The notes below the pieces were generated by a model that was given only the letters and a program-made list of their open reading frames with translations, had not been told where the DNA came from and did no database searches. Made by a program: the position numbers and the translations under genes. From a virus, in UHGV virus genome UHGV-0089682: a stretch of 35,102 bases of DNA, one strand, 5' to 3'. Below, piece after piece: positions 8,169 to 17,207 of this stretch (its first letter is position 1; every line of letters starts with the position of its first letter).

Positions 8169-10200
8169 TCCAGACGTTCACATCCAGGCCATGCTGTGTG
8201 GTATCATCCACATCAATACTGCGCGCCCGCCAGCCTTCAGGGGCGACAAGCTCCACCCGTGCGGCGGTTTTCGCGGTGGCCTGTCCTCCGCTTTCGTCAC
8301 TGCCGCCACGCAGTTTCTGCCAGGCCTGCGTCAGCCAGCCGCCCAGGTAATCACCGAGATAGCTGCCCACCGTGGAACCAATGGCAACCCCGACCGGACC
8401 GGCCGCCGCCCCCAGCGCGCCACCGGCGATACTGCCGGCAAGGGAACCCACGGCACCGGCTTTATCGGCTGCGCTGGCGCTGCTGTCCAGCAGGACAGGA
8501 GCCGCCATGGCACCGGCCCACAGGGCACCACCACCCAGCCGACCGGCACCACGGAACAGCCCGGCAAAACGCCCCAGTCCCATGCGGTTACCGGCAGCCG
8601 AAAGCAGGCCACCGGCACGGCTCATCATGCGGCCGAAGAAGCCCTGTTTACCGGCGCTCTCCGCCAGCTGCTCACCGGCGGTCACAACAGTCTGAACACC
8701 CCGTCCGCGACCGGGGCCGCGTTTTTTACGGCCGCGCACGGTTTTGCCGTCACCGCTGACCACCACATCCCCGCCACCTGATGCCAGGCCACCCGCAGGC
8801 CAGTTGGTGACCAGCACGGGCTGAACGGCAGCCGGATTTACCCCGGTAAGGAAATTCAGGAAGCGGCCACCGCGTCCGGGCTGCGTTCCCGGCACAGTGG
8901 TCTGCGGTTTGCGGAAGGGCGACGTCAGCACGGAGGTCATCGCCATACCATAGCGTAAGGGGGTTGCACCAAGACGTAATGCCCCCGTCCCCGCAAACCT
9001 GAGCACCTTCAGCGCGCGGGAGGCGAGATACATATACATCAGGTATTTTGCGGCGGTCTGCGCCCCCTGACCAATACGATCCAGTGCATCGCCATAACCG
9101 GCGTCGCGCAGTGCCTGAAGCGTTTCCCTGACTTTCTGAATGGCCCGGTAAAAGCCGGTTGCAGCGTCTCTGGCATACTCGAATCCCTGATTCAGGGCTG
9201 AGGCCGTCTGTGTGGCCAGCTTATCCTGTAAGCCGCTTTTCTGTGCTGCATCAGCATAATCCAGAAAGCCTTTCAGGCTCTTTTTCAGGCTGTCAAACGG
9301 TCCCTTTGCCATCACTTCACGGGCAAACTGATCCCAGACGTCGCCCATCATGGACGTCATTCCCGTCCAGGAATTCATGGCGTTTTTCTGGGCACCTTTT
9401 GCCTGTTCGGCCATCACCTGAAATAACAGGCGAATGCTGTCCGGCCCCAGTTTTCCTTTTTCGCCTTTCTCACGGATGATCTTCTGGTTTACGCCCAGCT
9501 TATCGGCCAGTAACTGGTAAACGTTAATCCCGTATCCGGTCAGAATATTGGCGTCCGCTGCCTGGATACTCTGGCGGGCAAACATCTGTTTGAGTTGCAG
9601 GGACGCACCCTGTGCATCTGACAGTGACCAGCCGTGATAGCCGCCCTGATCCTGAAGCATGGTAATAAAGCGACGGGCGTCCCTGTCACTCATGCCAAAC
9701 CCGCGACTGGAGGCGTATTCCTGCATAACCCCCGCCAGCCCCCAGGTGGTGTCTTTGGCGTTCTGTACTGCCCAGGCTTTCACTGCTTCCGTTTTTGCCG
9801 TATCGCCATGATTAATGGCGTTGAGACGCAGAATATAGTTCTCCATCTCTGCGGCCGGGCGGATAAAGGCTTTATTAAAACCGTAGACCGCAGCCCCTCC
9901 CGCCAGCATCCCGTAAAGGTTGCTTATCCGCCCGATGGTGCCGGTAATGCTGCCCTGCAGGCGGTCAAAATCTGACGTTACCGTGCGGATGCTGCCACGA
10001 ACACCGGCAAGCGTTCGCTGCATACGGGAGCCGACAAGTTCTGTTTCCTGACCGACCCGGCGGGCTGCATTTCCAAGACCACCCAGGCCTGTCCTGCCGG
10101 AACGGGAGAACGCCCCCAGCTCCTGTGACCACTGGCGGGATTTGGCGGAAATATTGCCGAGTAAATCGACAATCAGGGAGGCTTTCAGGTTTTTTGCCAT
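8143..10200 (-). CDS. Tail tape measure protein
   Basis: 685 aa, largest tail gene, downstream of the chaperone pair; Gly/Ala-rich stretch consistent with tape measure proteins. Confidence 0.8.
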   Translation of the reverse strand: MAKNLKASLIVDLLGNISAKSRQWSQELGAFSRSGRTGLGGLGNAARRVGQETELVGSRMQRTLAGVRGSIRTVTSDFDRLQGSITGTIGRISNLYGMLAGGAAVYGFNKAFIRPAAEMENYILRLNAINHGDTAKTEAVKAWAVQNAKDTTWGLAGVMQEYASSRGFGMSDRDARRFITMLQDQGGYHGWSLSDAQGASLQLKQMFARQSIQAADANILTGYGINVYQLLADKLGVNQKIIREKGEKGKLGPDSIRLLFQVMAEQAKGAQKNAMNSWTGMTSMMGDVWDQFAREVMAKGPFDSLKKSLKGFLDYADAAQKSGLQDKLATQTASALNQGFEYARDAATGFYRAIQKVRETLQALRDAGYGDALDRIGQGAQTAAKYLMYMYLASRALKVLRFAGTGALRLGATPLRYGMAMTSVLTSPFRKPQTTVPGTQPGRGGRFLNFLTGVNPAAVQPVLVTNWPAGGLASGGGDVVVSGDGKTVRGRKKRGPGRGRGVQTVVTAGEQLAESAGKQGFFGRMMSRAGGLLSAAGNRMGLGRFAGLFRGAGRLGGGALWAGAMAAPVLLDSSASAADKAGAVGSLAGSIAGGALGAAAGPVGVAIGSTVGSYLGDYLGGWLTQAWQKLRGGSDESGGQATAKTAARVELVAPEGWRARSIDVDDTTQHGLDVNVWNGGNYGLY

Positions 10201-10203
10201 GGG

Positions 10204-10398
10204 TTACTGCTTCGTTCTGAGAATTTTTTCGGTCTGTCGGCAGTGCCGGTAAAGCTGCGATAAGGGGAGGTTAAGCGCCCACTCCGGGCCGCTTTTTGTC
10301 ACCATCCCCAGCACAATTGCCGCTTCTTCAATCTGATCCCGGCACTGCATCTGTTCGCCCCCGTTCAGCAACCAGCTTTCCGGCCATTGCGGAATCAA
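10204..10398 (-). CDS. Putative frameshift extension of tail assembly chaperone (GT-type)
   Basis: 64-codon ORF overlapping the last ~70 nt of the chaperone in the +1 frame and ending 4 nt before the tape measure start; overlap contains CGGGGGC. Confidence 0.35.
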   Translation of the reverse strand: MIPQWPESWLLNGGEQMQCRDQIEEAAIVLGMVTKSGPEWALNLPLSQLYRHCRQTEKILRTKQ

Positions 10399-10804
10399 GC
10401 AGGCTTACCGCCGCCATCAGACGGGAGAGATCGCGCTCGCTGAGCTGCCCGATCTGACGCGGAGACAATGGCCCCTCAATCTGGCCGACCGCGGCAATCT
10501 GACGGCGCAGCAGCGCAATGCCGCGCAGTGCCGGTGAGGCCACCAGAACCGGACCGTTTCGGGTTTCCATCAGACGTTCAGCCTCGCTCTCCGCGTCAAT
10601 GCTGTCTTTCGCCGTCAGTTCGCGGAAGGTGACGCGATATTCACGGGATTCCCCGAACGGCAGGCCATCAAGCAGATCCACATAGCCGTTCGCCAGCTGT
10701 TCAGCCAGCCCGGCGGTGCGGGGATCGCCGTCTTCAAGTGCATCCCGGATAGCCTCCATCACGGCCTCATCAGAAACCGCCGTTTTTTTCTTACGTGTGC
10801 TCAT
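10328..10804 (-). CDS. Tail assembly chaperone (Mu gp41-like; G-type)
   Basis: 158 aa between tube and tape measure genes; overlapped at its 3' end by a second short ORF in another frame, the typical G/GT arrangement. Confidence 0.55.
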   Translation of the reverse strand: MSTRKKKTAVSDEAVMEAIRDALEDGDPRTAGLAEQLANGYVDLLDGLPFGESREYRVTFRELTAKDSIDAESEAERLMETRNGPVLVASPALRGIALLRRQIAAVGQIEGPLSPRQIGQLSERDLSRLMAAVSLLDSAMAGKLVAERGRTDAVPGSD

Positions 10805-10818
10805 TGCATTTTTCCTGA

Positions 10819-11184
10819 TTACTGGACACGGGTACTGGTGGCACTGGCGAACTTCGCGGAGATATCACCGCCACCGTCAAGTGAGGCCGGTTCACTGCTC
10901 CAGGCCTTCGTCATCATGTGGACTTCGCCGGTATCGGCCACGAACTCAATCGTCACCGCAGTCCAGGTGTTGATTTCATCGGCAGCCGGTGAACCTTCTC
11001 CGCCAGCCGGAAATTTACAGTCCAGCGTCGCCTCACGGGGTTTCTCGCGATAGCCGTAGACTTTCGCGCCTTTCACCACTTCACGTTCAAAGCCGGACGG
11101 GGAGAACGTGGCCCCCTCAAGGGTGGCGTACTCCTGTCCGTTCACACGGATGGTGGCCGTGCCCTGATACTGTTTTCCGCTCAT
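10819..11184 (-). CDS. Tail tube protein (Mu M-like)
   Basis: 121 aa immediately downstream of the sheath gene. Confidence 0.7.
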   Translation of the reverse strand: MSGKQYQGTATIRVNGQEYATLEGATFSPSGFEREVVKGAKVYGYREKPREATLDCKFPAGGEGSPAADEINTWTAVTIEFVADTGEVHMMTKAWSSEPASLDGGGDISAKFASATSTRVQ

Positions 11185-11192
11185 GCCTTACC

Positions 11193-12674
11193 TCACAAAA
11201 TGAAACGGATCTGCGCGGCCATGAAGCGGAACTGGTTAACCAGATCCGGTGTACACATCACATCCAGACGGTTACGGTCTTTTGTGTTGCGCTCCACGAG
11301 CAGATTCTTTTTAAAGGTGTCCAGATTTTCGACCAGTCCCAGATCCACCCATTCTTCCCCCAGCGCAATCAGCTGGAGCATCATGATCTCCGGCGTCACG
11401 ATATTCTGACCGGGCCGGACGGGGGTGCCGTTATCGGCCAGTTTATGGCGCGGGAAACGCTGCGTGATAAAGGTGCGCAGGGAATAACGCAGATATGACA
11501 GGGTGTAGATGGTTTCCACATCCAGATAGCTGGGATCGCTTTCGCTGTATGCATTCTGACGGTACATCGTCACCTGACGTTCAATCTGCACCACATCAGC
11601 GGCCGCGACGGTCACCGTGGACATCCCGGTATAAAGCAGGCTGTTTCGCTCTTCCCGTGTCAGGCGATCTGATTCTGCCGGGGCCAGTCGTGCAGGCAAC
11701 GCCAGCGTCTGGAGCGGGCGGGCAGGATCGGCAGACAGTGACGGCGCACAGACCGCACAAATGGAGGCAGCCCAGACATAATCCGGCTCCGGTGCCTTCG
11801 GAATGGAAGTACAGGTAAACAGGAAGTCGTTACGGGACTCACCAAAACTGGTTGCCGTGCCAAAGGTGCCGGTATGCGCCATCCAGACCATGCCGTCCGA
11901 CATTTTTACCGGCCCCCAGCGTTTCAGCAGTTCTTCCGACAGAATTTTGAGATTCGCCGCATCCTTATAGGGCATCACAATATAGTTATACTGGCGCGTC
12001 CCCATGGCAGCGATGCTGTTGGTAATATCCGGGTTTTTCGGCGCGGTGCCACCGGCAACCGACACCACAAGCCCGGCAGGTGTCACTTCACCGGAATAAT
12101 AATTCAGCCGGATATCATGCACGGAGCATTCGCCGGTAAATTTCGCCGCCAGGGTGATCACTTTTTTGGTCTGATCCTGATTATCCGCAGGGACGGAAGT
12201 ACTCGCACTCACCGGACTGTCCTGGTCAGCGTTAATCATCGCGGCAAGCGCATCCGCCAGGAGATTGCCCGGTTTGCCTTTGCTGACGGCCAGACGGTAA
12301 GGTCGCCCGGCAACATAGAGATTCAGTACATTGTCTTCCGTTGCCGTACCGGAAAGCGTGATGGTGCCGGACGTGGCCGTGCCGGTGCCTTCCCCCTGAG
12401 CAATGCCGTACAGTTCCGTATCAGGGTTAATGGCAATAAACGCTGCCACCATCTGCGCAATCATGGAGCCACGCCCCCAGAGTTCTGTTGCCTGAGACGC
12501 GCGGGTGATACGGACAGGTGAATCCACGGCACCGAACGCATTACGGTTTCGCTGACCAAACAACAGCACCGCCTGACGCTGCGGCGGCGTGCCGGTCACG
12601 GCCATTGAGTTATTGATTTCAATCTGTACCAGCGGAATACGATTGTTATCGCCGATGTTATCAAAGTTAATCAT
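11193..12674 (-). CDS. Contractile tail sheath protein (Mu L-like)
   Basis: 493 aa; size and position match Mu L. Confidence 0.85.
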   Translation of the reverse strand: MINFDNIGDNNRIPLVQIEINNSMAVTGTPPQRQAVLLFGQRNRNAFGAVDSPVRITRASQATELWGRGSMIAQMVAAFIAINPDTELYGIAQGEGTGTATSGTITLSGTATEDNVLNLYVAGRPYRLAVSKGKPGNLLADALAAMINADQDSPVSASTSVPADNQDQTKKVITLAAKFTGECSVHDIRLNYYSGEVTPAGLVVSVAGGTAPKNPDITNSIAAMGTRQYNYIVMPYKDAANLKILSEELLKRWGPVKMSDGMVWMAHTGTFGTATSFGESRNDFLFTCTSIPKAPEPDYVWAASICAVCAPSLSADPARPLQTLALPARLAPAESDRLTREERNSLLYTGMSTVTVAAADVVQIERQVTMYRQNAYSESDPSYLDVETIYTLSYLRYSLRTFITQRFPRHKLADNGTPVRPGQNIVTPEIMMLQLIALGEEWVDLGLVENLDTFKKNLLVERNTKDRNRLDVMCTPDLVNQFRFMAAQIRFIL

Positions 12675-12952
12675 CAGGAAGTCCCCTTGTCTGATGCTGC
12701 GGGTTTTTCAGCCGCCGCCGCAGGTTTTTCTGCTGCCGCTCCCGCCGGTTTTGCCGCCGCGCCGGTATTAGCAGTTGTGGCAGCCGGGGCAGGCTCCGCC
12801 GTTTTATCCACCACAATGACGTCACCATCATTAAGACGGCGGCACCAGAACGGGGTGAAAGGCTTCTCTTCCCCTTCCTGTGAGAGCGGAGTCATCGTGT
12901 CGGGATCGCGGATCAGGCATCCCGGCGCAGGTTTAATAAAAATGGTTGTCAT
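12674..12952 (-). CDS. Mu gp38-like small protein with Ala/Pro/Lys-rich low-complexity C-terminus
   Basis: 92 aa; C-terminal AEPAPAATTANTGAAAKPAGAAAEKPAAAAEKPAASDKGTS; immediately upstream of sheath. Confidence 0.5.
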   Translation of the reverse strand: MTTIFIKPAPGCLIRDPDTMTPLSQEGEEKPFTPFWCRRLNDGDVIVVDKTAEPAPAATTANTGAAAKPAGAAAEKPAAAAEKPAASDKGTS

Positions 12953-12955
12953 CTG

Positions 12956-13519
12956 TTATTCCTCTGACGGTCCGGCGTTTTCACCGGCAGCAGTTGCACC
13001 AGGCAGACGGATGTGTGCCTTAAACTCCGGCGTGCCTTCCGGTTCGGTAAAGGTTTCGTAATGGCGCAGGAAATCATCCAGCGAGCTGATATCCGTCAGC
13101 GGGTCGATCATTTCCTCGCATGAGAAATACAGGGCGTACATCACGGCACCGCTGCCTGCCTGCGTTTCGGTGTAACCGTTGACCGCCTTTTCAAAGTAAA
13201 GCGGTGAGGTTTTTTCGGTTCTGAAGCCGTCCAGCACGGTAATCAGGCGGGCCACGATCTGATAAAGTCCGGGACGGCTGACTTCACGGCCATTGAGCAT
13301 GTCGCCGATGACGTAGAACACCCAGTGACTGACCAGACGCCCACGGGTACGCCCTTCACCGGCACCCAGCCAGGCAACGTAGATCGCCGGGGCGTTAATC
13401 AGCATGGTGCGCAGCACGCTGTCGCTCCAGTCGCCGGGATGTGTGTCAACAGACACCAGTTCATTCCCGAAATACTCACGGATACGGGCGATGTACGCCT
13501 GCTCGGTTTCCGTAATCAT
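12956..13519 (-). CDS. Mu gp37 (K)-like head-tail joining protein
   Basis: 187 aa, positional equivalent. Confidence 0.5.
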   Translation of the reverse strand: MITETEQAYIARIREYFGNELVSVDTHPGDWSDSVLRTMLINAPAIYVAWLGAGEGRTRGRLVSHWVFYVIGDMLNGREVSRPGLYQIVARLITVLDGFRTEKTSPLYFEKAVNGYTETQAGSGAVMYALYFSCEEMIDPLTDISSLDDFLRHYETFTEPEGTPEFKAHIRLPGATAAGENAGPSEE

Positions 13520-13935
13520 ATAAAGCCCTTCTGGTTGCGCCCGAACACCGCCGCATCAGACTGCACCTGCGGTAAATCCCCGGATTCAGGGGCCGCACCA
13601 TCTGTATCCACACCGACCGGCACATTGCCGTTCATGACATCTTTCAGCCAGGCCAGTGCCTCACGGTAACGGTCACGCGCCTGATCGGATGCCCGCTGAT
13701 CGCACAGGTAATAAAAGGCAATCGTGCAGCAGTGCTGAACAAGGACCGCCGGAACCACCGCCAGCGGCAGCGTGTAACGGGCAGACAGGTAGCTGTCGAT
13801 AAGGGCTGACGCGTCCGTCAGTGCCCGGTTCAGCTTGCGCGTGTCCGGTTCATCCGAACGGGGCACAGCCAGTAACGGCCGGAGCAAATCCTCGCGGTAA
13901 CGTGCCCGCATATCGGTTTCGGTGGCGTAATTCAT
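13516..13935 (-). CDS. Mu gp36 (J)-like head-tail connector protein
   Basis: 139 aa, overlapping start/stop with neighbours. Confidence 0.5.
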   Translation of the reverse strand: MNYATETDMRARYREDLLRPLLAVPRSDEPDTRKLNRALTDASALIDSYLSARYTLPLAVVPAVLVQHCCTIAFYYLCDQRASDQARDRYREALAWLKDVMNGNVPVGVDTDGAAPESGDLPQVQSDAAVFGRNQKGFI

Positions 13936-14315
13936 GCGCGCGCCTTTTTTTCCTGTCTGGCTTTATTGTCGGTCTTTTTCCGGGGAGCATCCTGTCCGGC
14001 TTCGGCTTCGGCTTCGGCTTCGGCTTCGGCTTCGGCTAAATCTGCACCGGTCTCTGCATGAACCACACCCGCCACGGCTCCCGCATCATCACCAGGCGTC
14101 TGTAGTATTCGTACAGTGAGGCATGGCTCCGCTTCCAGTCGGGCAAGCTGCTCCGGGGTGACGTCAACCTGCTGGCGTCCACGCATGAACAGGAACCCCG
14201 CACGACGAAACTGCGTACGACTGCAACGCACTTCTGCCAGTACCGTGACAGGATTGTCACCACTGACCCGAAGACCTGAATCATCTGTTGCTGCCACAGT
14301 GTGATGTTCATTCAT
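13932..14315 (-). CDS. Mu gp35-like protein with (Glu-Ala)n repeat and Lys-rich tail
   Basis: 127 aa directly after the major capsid gene; contains EAEAEAEAEAEA encoded by a hexanucleotide repeat. Confidence 0.5.
   Translation of the reverse strand: MNEHHTVAATDDSGLRVSGDNPVTVLAEVRCSRTQFRRAGFLFMRGRQQVDVTPEQLARLEAEPCLTVRILQTPGDDAGAVAGVVHAETGADLAEAEAEAEAEAEAGQDAPRKKTDNKARQEKKARA
13998..14036. repeat. Hexanucleotide tandem repeat (GGCTTC)x6.5 inside the gp35-like coding sequence
   Basis: ggcttc repeated six times plus ggc; in-frame, encodes (EA)6 on the minus strand. Confidence 0.9.
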
Positions 14316-14358
14316 ATTTGCCCTCCGCAGGGGCCGGGCCGTAAGCCCGGCTCACCGT

Positions 14359-15306
14359 TTACAGATAATCCGCGACAACCAGCTCCAGCTTGCCCTTCAT
14401 CTCGTTAGAGACGGTGGTGTTACCGTCCGCGAACAGCTCACGCTCCAGCAGCTGCACCGCCTGTTTTTCCAGCGAGGTGGGGATAACAATATGGGTGGGT
14501 TTGATGCCGAGTTTGCGGCCACCGTCAGCCTTAAAGTCACGCATGGCTGACCAGCCGTGCCACAGCGCATCCAGCGTCAGCGGTGACTGCATCATGTAGG
14601 CCATCTGCCAGAAGCCGTAGCCCACGTTGTGACGAACGGATGCACCGAACACAAACTCGTTATCAGTGAATGCACGACCTTCATCAATTTTGGTCTGTGC
14701 AACCAGTTCAACCTTGCGGCGGCTCTGATAGATGATGGGTTTTATTGCACGGGAGCAGTCGAGCAGATACCAGGCCGGCCCGCTGTAATCTGCCTGTGCA
14801 CCGACAGAGCCGGTTTTTGCCACAAACATATTACTGACCAGCTCCACATCACCGGTACCATCCACATTTGGGTAGACGGGGTGTTCGGTATCAAAGAAGT
14901 TCTGACCGTCGTAACACGCACTTTTCAGGCCATCGCGCAGAGCAGCAAATACAAGCTCATCCGGCTGAACAGCAGCGGCACGACCAAGCTCCTGAAATAA
15001 AGGCGAGTAAATACCGAGATTATCGTCCTCAAAATCATCACGATTAACAGGGACGGTATCTTCCCAGGTCTTGTTTACAATGGAATAACCGTGCGCTTTC
15101 ATTTTCTGGATCACACGGGAACCAATCCACTCACGAAAATGAGGCGCATGCCCCAGCCAGCCGTAGGTGTTGGATTTCGACGTGGACGGCACGGTCATTG
15201 CAATTTTCTGGTACTGCGACGGAGCCATGGACATCCCGGCCTGAAAATCAGAACGGTAGCCCGTCATCAGGGCGGTGATCATCGCCGGTGTAATCGGGGT
15301 AGGCAT
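14359..15306 (-). CDS. Major capsid protein (Mu T-like)
   Basis: 315 aa downstream of the protease/scaffold gene; size matches Mu T. Confidence 0.8.
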   Translation of the reverse strand: MPTPITPAMITALMTGYRSDFQAGMSMAPSQYQKIAMTVPSTSKSNTYGWLGHAPHFREWIGSRVIQKMKAHGYSIVNKTWEDTVPVNRDDFEDDNLGIYSPLFQELGRAAAVQPDELVFAALRDGLKSACYDGQNFFDTEHPVYPNVDGTGDVELVSNMFVAKTGSVGAQADYSGPAWYLLDCSRAIKPIIYQSRRKVELVAQTKIDEGRAFTDNEFVFGASVRHNVGYGFWQMAYMMQSPLTLDALWHGWSAMRDFKADGGRKLGIKPTHIVIPTSLEKQAVQLLERELFADGNTTVSNEMKGKLELVVADYL

Positions 15307-16439
15307 TATTGCATTTCCTCTTTCATTTTCAGGAACTCGGCTTCGGTTTTACCCAGCAGACGGGCGGCGGCGATATCTTCAGCCGACAGCGCAGCGGTGG
15401 CGGTCTTTTTATCCGGCACGGTAACGGTGTCGGTCTGAAGAGCGGTCAGAGCCGCAACAGGCTGACGGGCGTCAAGCTGTGCAGAAAGTGCCGCGACGCC
15501 AATCTGTTGTCCGAGTCCTTCCATGTATCCGCGTTCGCTTTTGAAAATGCGTCCTTCGGACTCGGCCTTATCCAGCAACTGCTCCAGCGTGGTGCTGCCG
15601 TGTTGTGCCGACAGCGCGGCATATTCGGTACGCAGGGCGTTATACGTCTCAACGGGCACGTATTTCGTCAGATCAATAGTGCCGCCAGTTGGTGTGCCTT
15701 TTGCGGTTTCCAGCTCTGCCGACAGGCTGGCAACCTGCGTTTTCAGGGTGTCGTGCGCATCCGCACGGGTTTTGAATCCGGTAAGGGCAGACAGCGCCGC
15801 TGTGCCCAGTTCCGGCGTAAATTCGTCACCGTCGGCCACGGTCAGACCGAGCGCCGTCAGCAACTGGCGTAATTGCTCATTCATGGGGGATTGCTCCTGA
15901 GAAGGGGAAACGACATAGAGATCGTCAGCACTGAGTGCCGCGACAGGGTTCATACCCGTAATACCCGGATCATTCGTCAGGGAAGCCATGCGCAAAAGGT
16001 AGGGTTCCCCGGTGTCAGCGAAATAATGCATATATGCAGACAGATAGGCATATTCACGGTCATCAATATGTTTTTGTGCCTGTGGTGTCCATTCAGGTTT
16101 AATGAAAATCCCCTGACCCTCACGCCATTCGATGTTTTCCGGCTTAACCCATCCCGCAGCAATAGCCTTGAATCCGTTTTTCTGCGCATTCACGGAGTGA
16201 TGGTCATAATCAATCAGTAACGGCTGATTCAGGGCGGAAAGCCCGGCTTTCATCCGGTTACAGGCGGATTCGTTAATCAGCCAGCCTTCAGCCGGTTTTT
16301 CCGGGCGACCGTCGCGGGCCCTTACCCTGCCTGCTGGCAGTAACTGACACCATCCGTCGCCGGATGCAGCCAGCGAAGCTGAAAGCACGGCTAAACCGGA
16401 GGGGCGATTTGCGTCTTTTGGGGGATTTTCTGTCTTCAT
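15306..16439 (-). CDS. Head maturation protease / scaffold (Mu I/Z-like)
   Basis: 377 aa; Ala/Leu-rich coiled-coil-like C-terminal half typical of scaffold domains; position upstream of major capsid. Confidence 0.75.
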   Translation of the reverse strand: MKTENPPKDANRPSGLAVLSASLAASGDGWCQLLPAGRVRARDGRPEKPAEGWLINESACNRMKAGLSALNQPLLIDYDHHSVNAQKNGFKAIAAGWVKPENIEWREGQGIFIKPEWTPQAQKHIDDREYAYLSAYMHYFADTGEPYLLRMASLTNDPGITGMNPVAALSADDLYVVSPSQEQSPMNEQLRQLLTALGLTVADGDEFTPELGTAALSALTGFKTRADAHDTLKTQVASLSAELETAKGTPTGGTIDLTKYVPVETYNALRTEYAALSAQHGSTTLEQLLDKAESEGRIFKSERGYMEGLGQQIGVAALSAQLDARQPVAALTALQTDTVTVPDKKTATAALSAEDIAAARLLGKTEAEFLKMKEEMQ

Positions 16440-16615
16440 ACCGGCAGCATAAGCCGGGCATTTTGGGGCTGGTTTTGCGGGACTTCAGAAAGTGCTGACA
16501 GGGGAAAAATGAGAAAGGCGCTTCACGCAGATTTTAAAGCCCGTTAAATACAGGTTAGAAAATCACGACACGCGCCTGAAGGGGGTAAGGTAATGCGTTT
16601 GTATACCTTAAACCA
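16440..16615. promoter_or_regulatory. G-I intergenic region: candidate late promoter and centre-of-genome element
   Basis: 176-bp gap in an otherwise tightly packed late region, ~18.5 kb from the putative left end; in Mu the equivalent gap holds the I late promoter and the strong gyrase site. Confidence 0.35.
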
Positions 16616-17089
16616 TTACGGCGTGTCTGTGGCCTTTTTAAAGCGTTTTCTGATTTCGTCCATGATCTCCTGTTCTGCCACCTGATCAAAGCCCATATAC
16701 GGACGTGCACCAATGGCCGCCGGTCCCGGTGGCATACCGGGCAGGCCACCCCACTGATGAATGGCCGCATAAGGCTCATTTGATCCAATCAGCGCCCAGG
16801 TATCACCATAATCCGTGGTCAGGCGGTGGGCCAGATCGCCGTTCAGCGTCAGGATTTTGCCGGGCGTGTATCCCTTACGGGTACGCCACTTGCGGTAAGG
16901 ATCTGACCAGTCATGCCAGCGTTCGCCGTCCGGCTCTTTTTCCTGTTCAAACGCCATTTCTGAGGATGACAACAGGCTGGACGCCACACTGCGGGCCAGG
17001 TCTTTTCCGCCGCCCACAAACTGAAGCCGGACAAACACCCGCTGGAGACGCGCAACGTCCACCACTACCGCCGCATCAATGGATGACAT
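16616..17089 (-). CDS. Virion morphogenesis protein (Mu G-like)
   Basis: ATG at 17087-17089 with GGAGG SD; 157 aa beginning MSSIDAAVVVD; the longer track ORF start (17158) is less likely. Confidence 0.65.
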   Translation of the reverse strand: MSSIDAAVVVDVARLQRVFVRLQFVGGGKDLARSVASSLLSSSEMAFEQEKEPDGERWHDWSDPYRKWRTRKGYTPGKILTLNGDLAHRLTTDYGDTWALIGSNEPYAAIHQWGGLPGMPPGPAAIGARPYMGFDQVAEQEIMDEIRKRFKKATDTP

Positions 17090-17207
17090 ATTGCCTCCGT
17101 AAAACTGTCTGGTTAAAATAAATACAGGCCGGTGTACTCTTAACTGGTAAAGCGGCATAAACCCTCAAGGGTCATATGTTTATGCGGGTTCGACCCCCGT
17201 CACCGGC

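Noticed and set aside
7047-12521. Numerous long plus-strand ORFs (e.g. 7047-7682, 8191-8781, 8196-8759, 11874-12521) inside tail genes
   Set aside because: They are antisense to large, positionally supported structural genes in GC-rich DNA where stop codons are rare; products are Arg/Pro/Gly-rich low-complexity. No independent support.
13998-14036. Short tandem repeat considered as a possible CRISPR-like array
   Set aside because: Repeat unit is 6 bp with no spacers, lies inside a coding frame and translates to (EA)n; it is a microsatellite.
16555-16788. Minus-strand 77-aa ORF spanning the G-I intergenic region
   Set aside because: Overlaps the 3' end of the G gene out of frame and has no SD; the region is better explained as regulatory.
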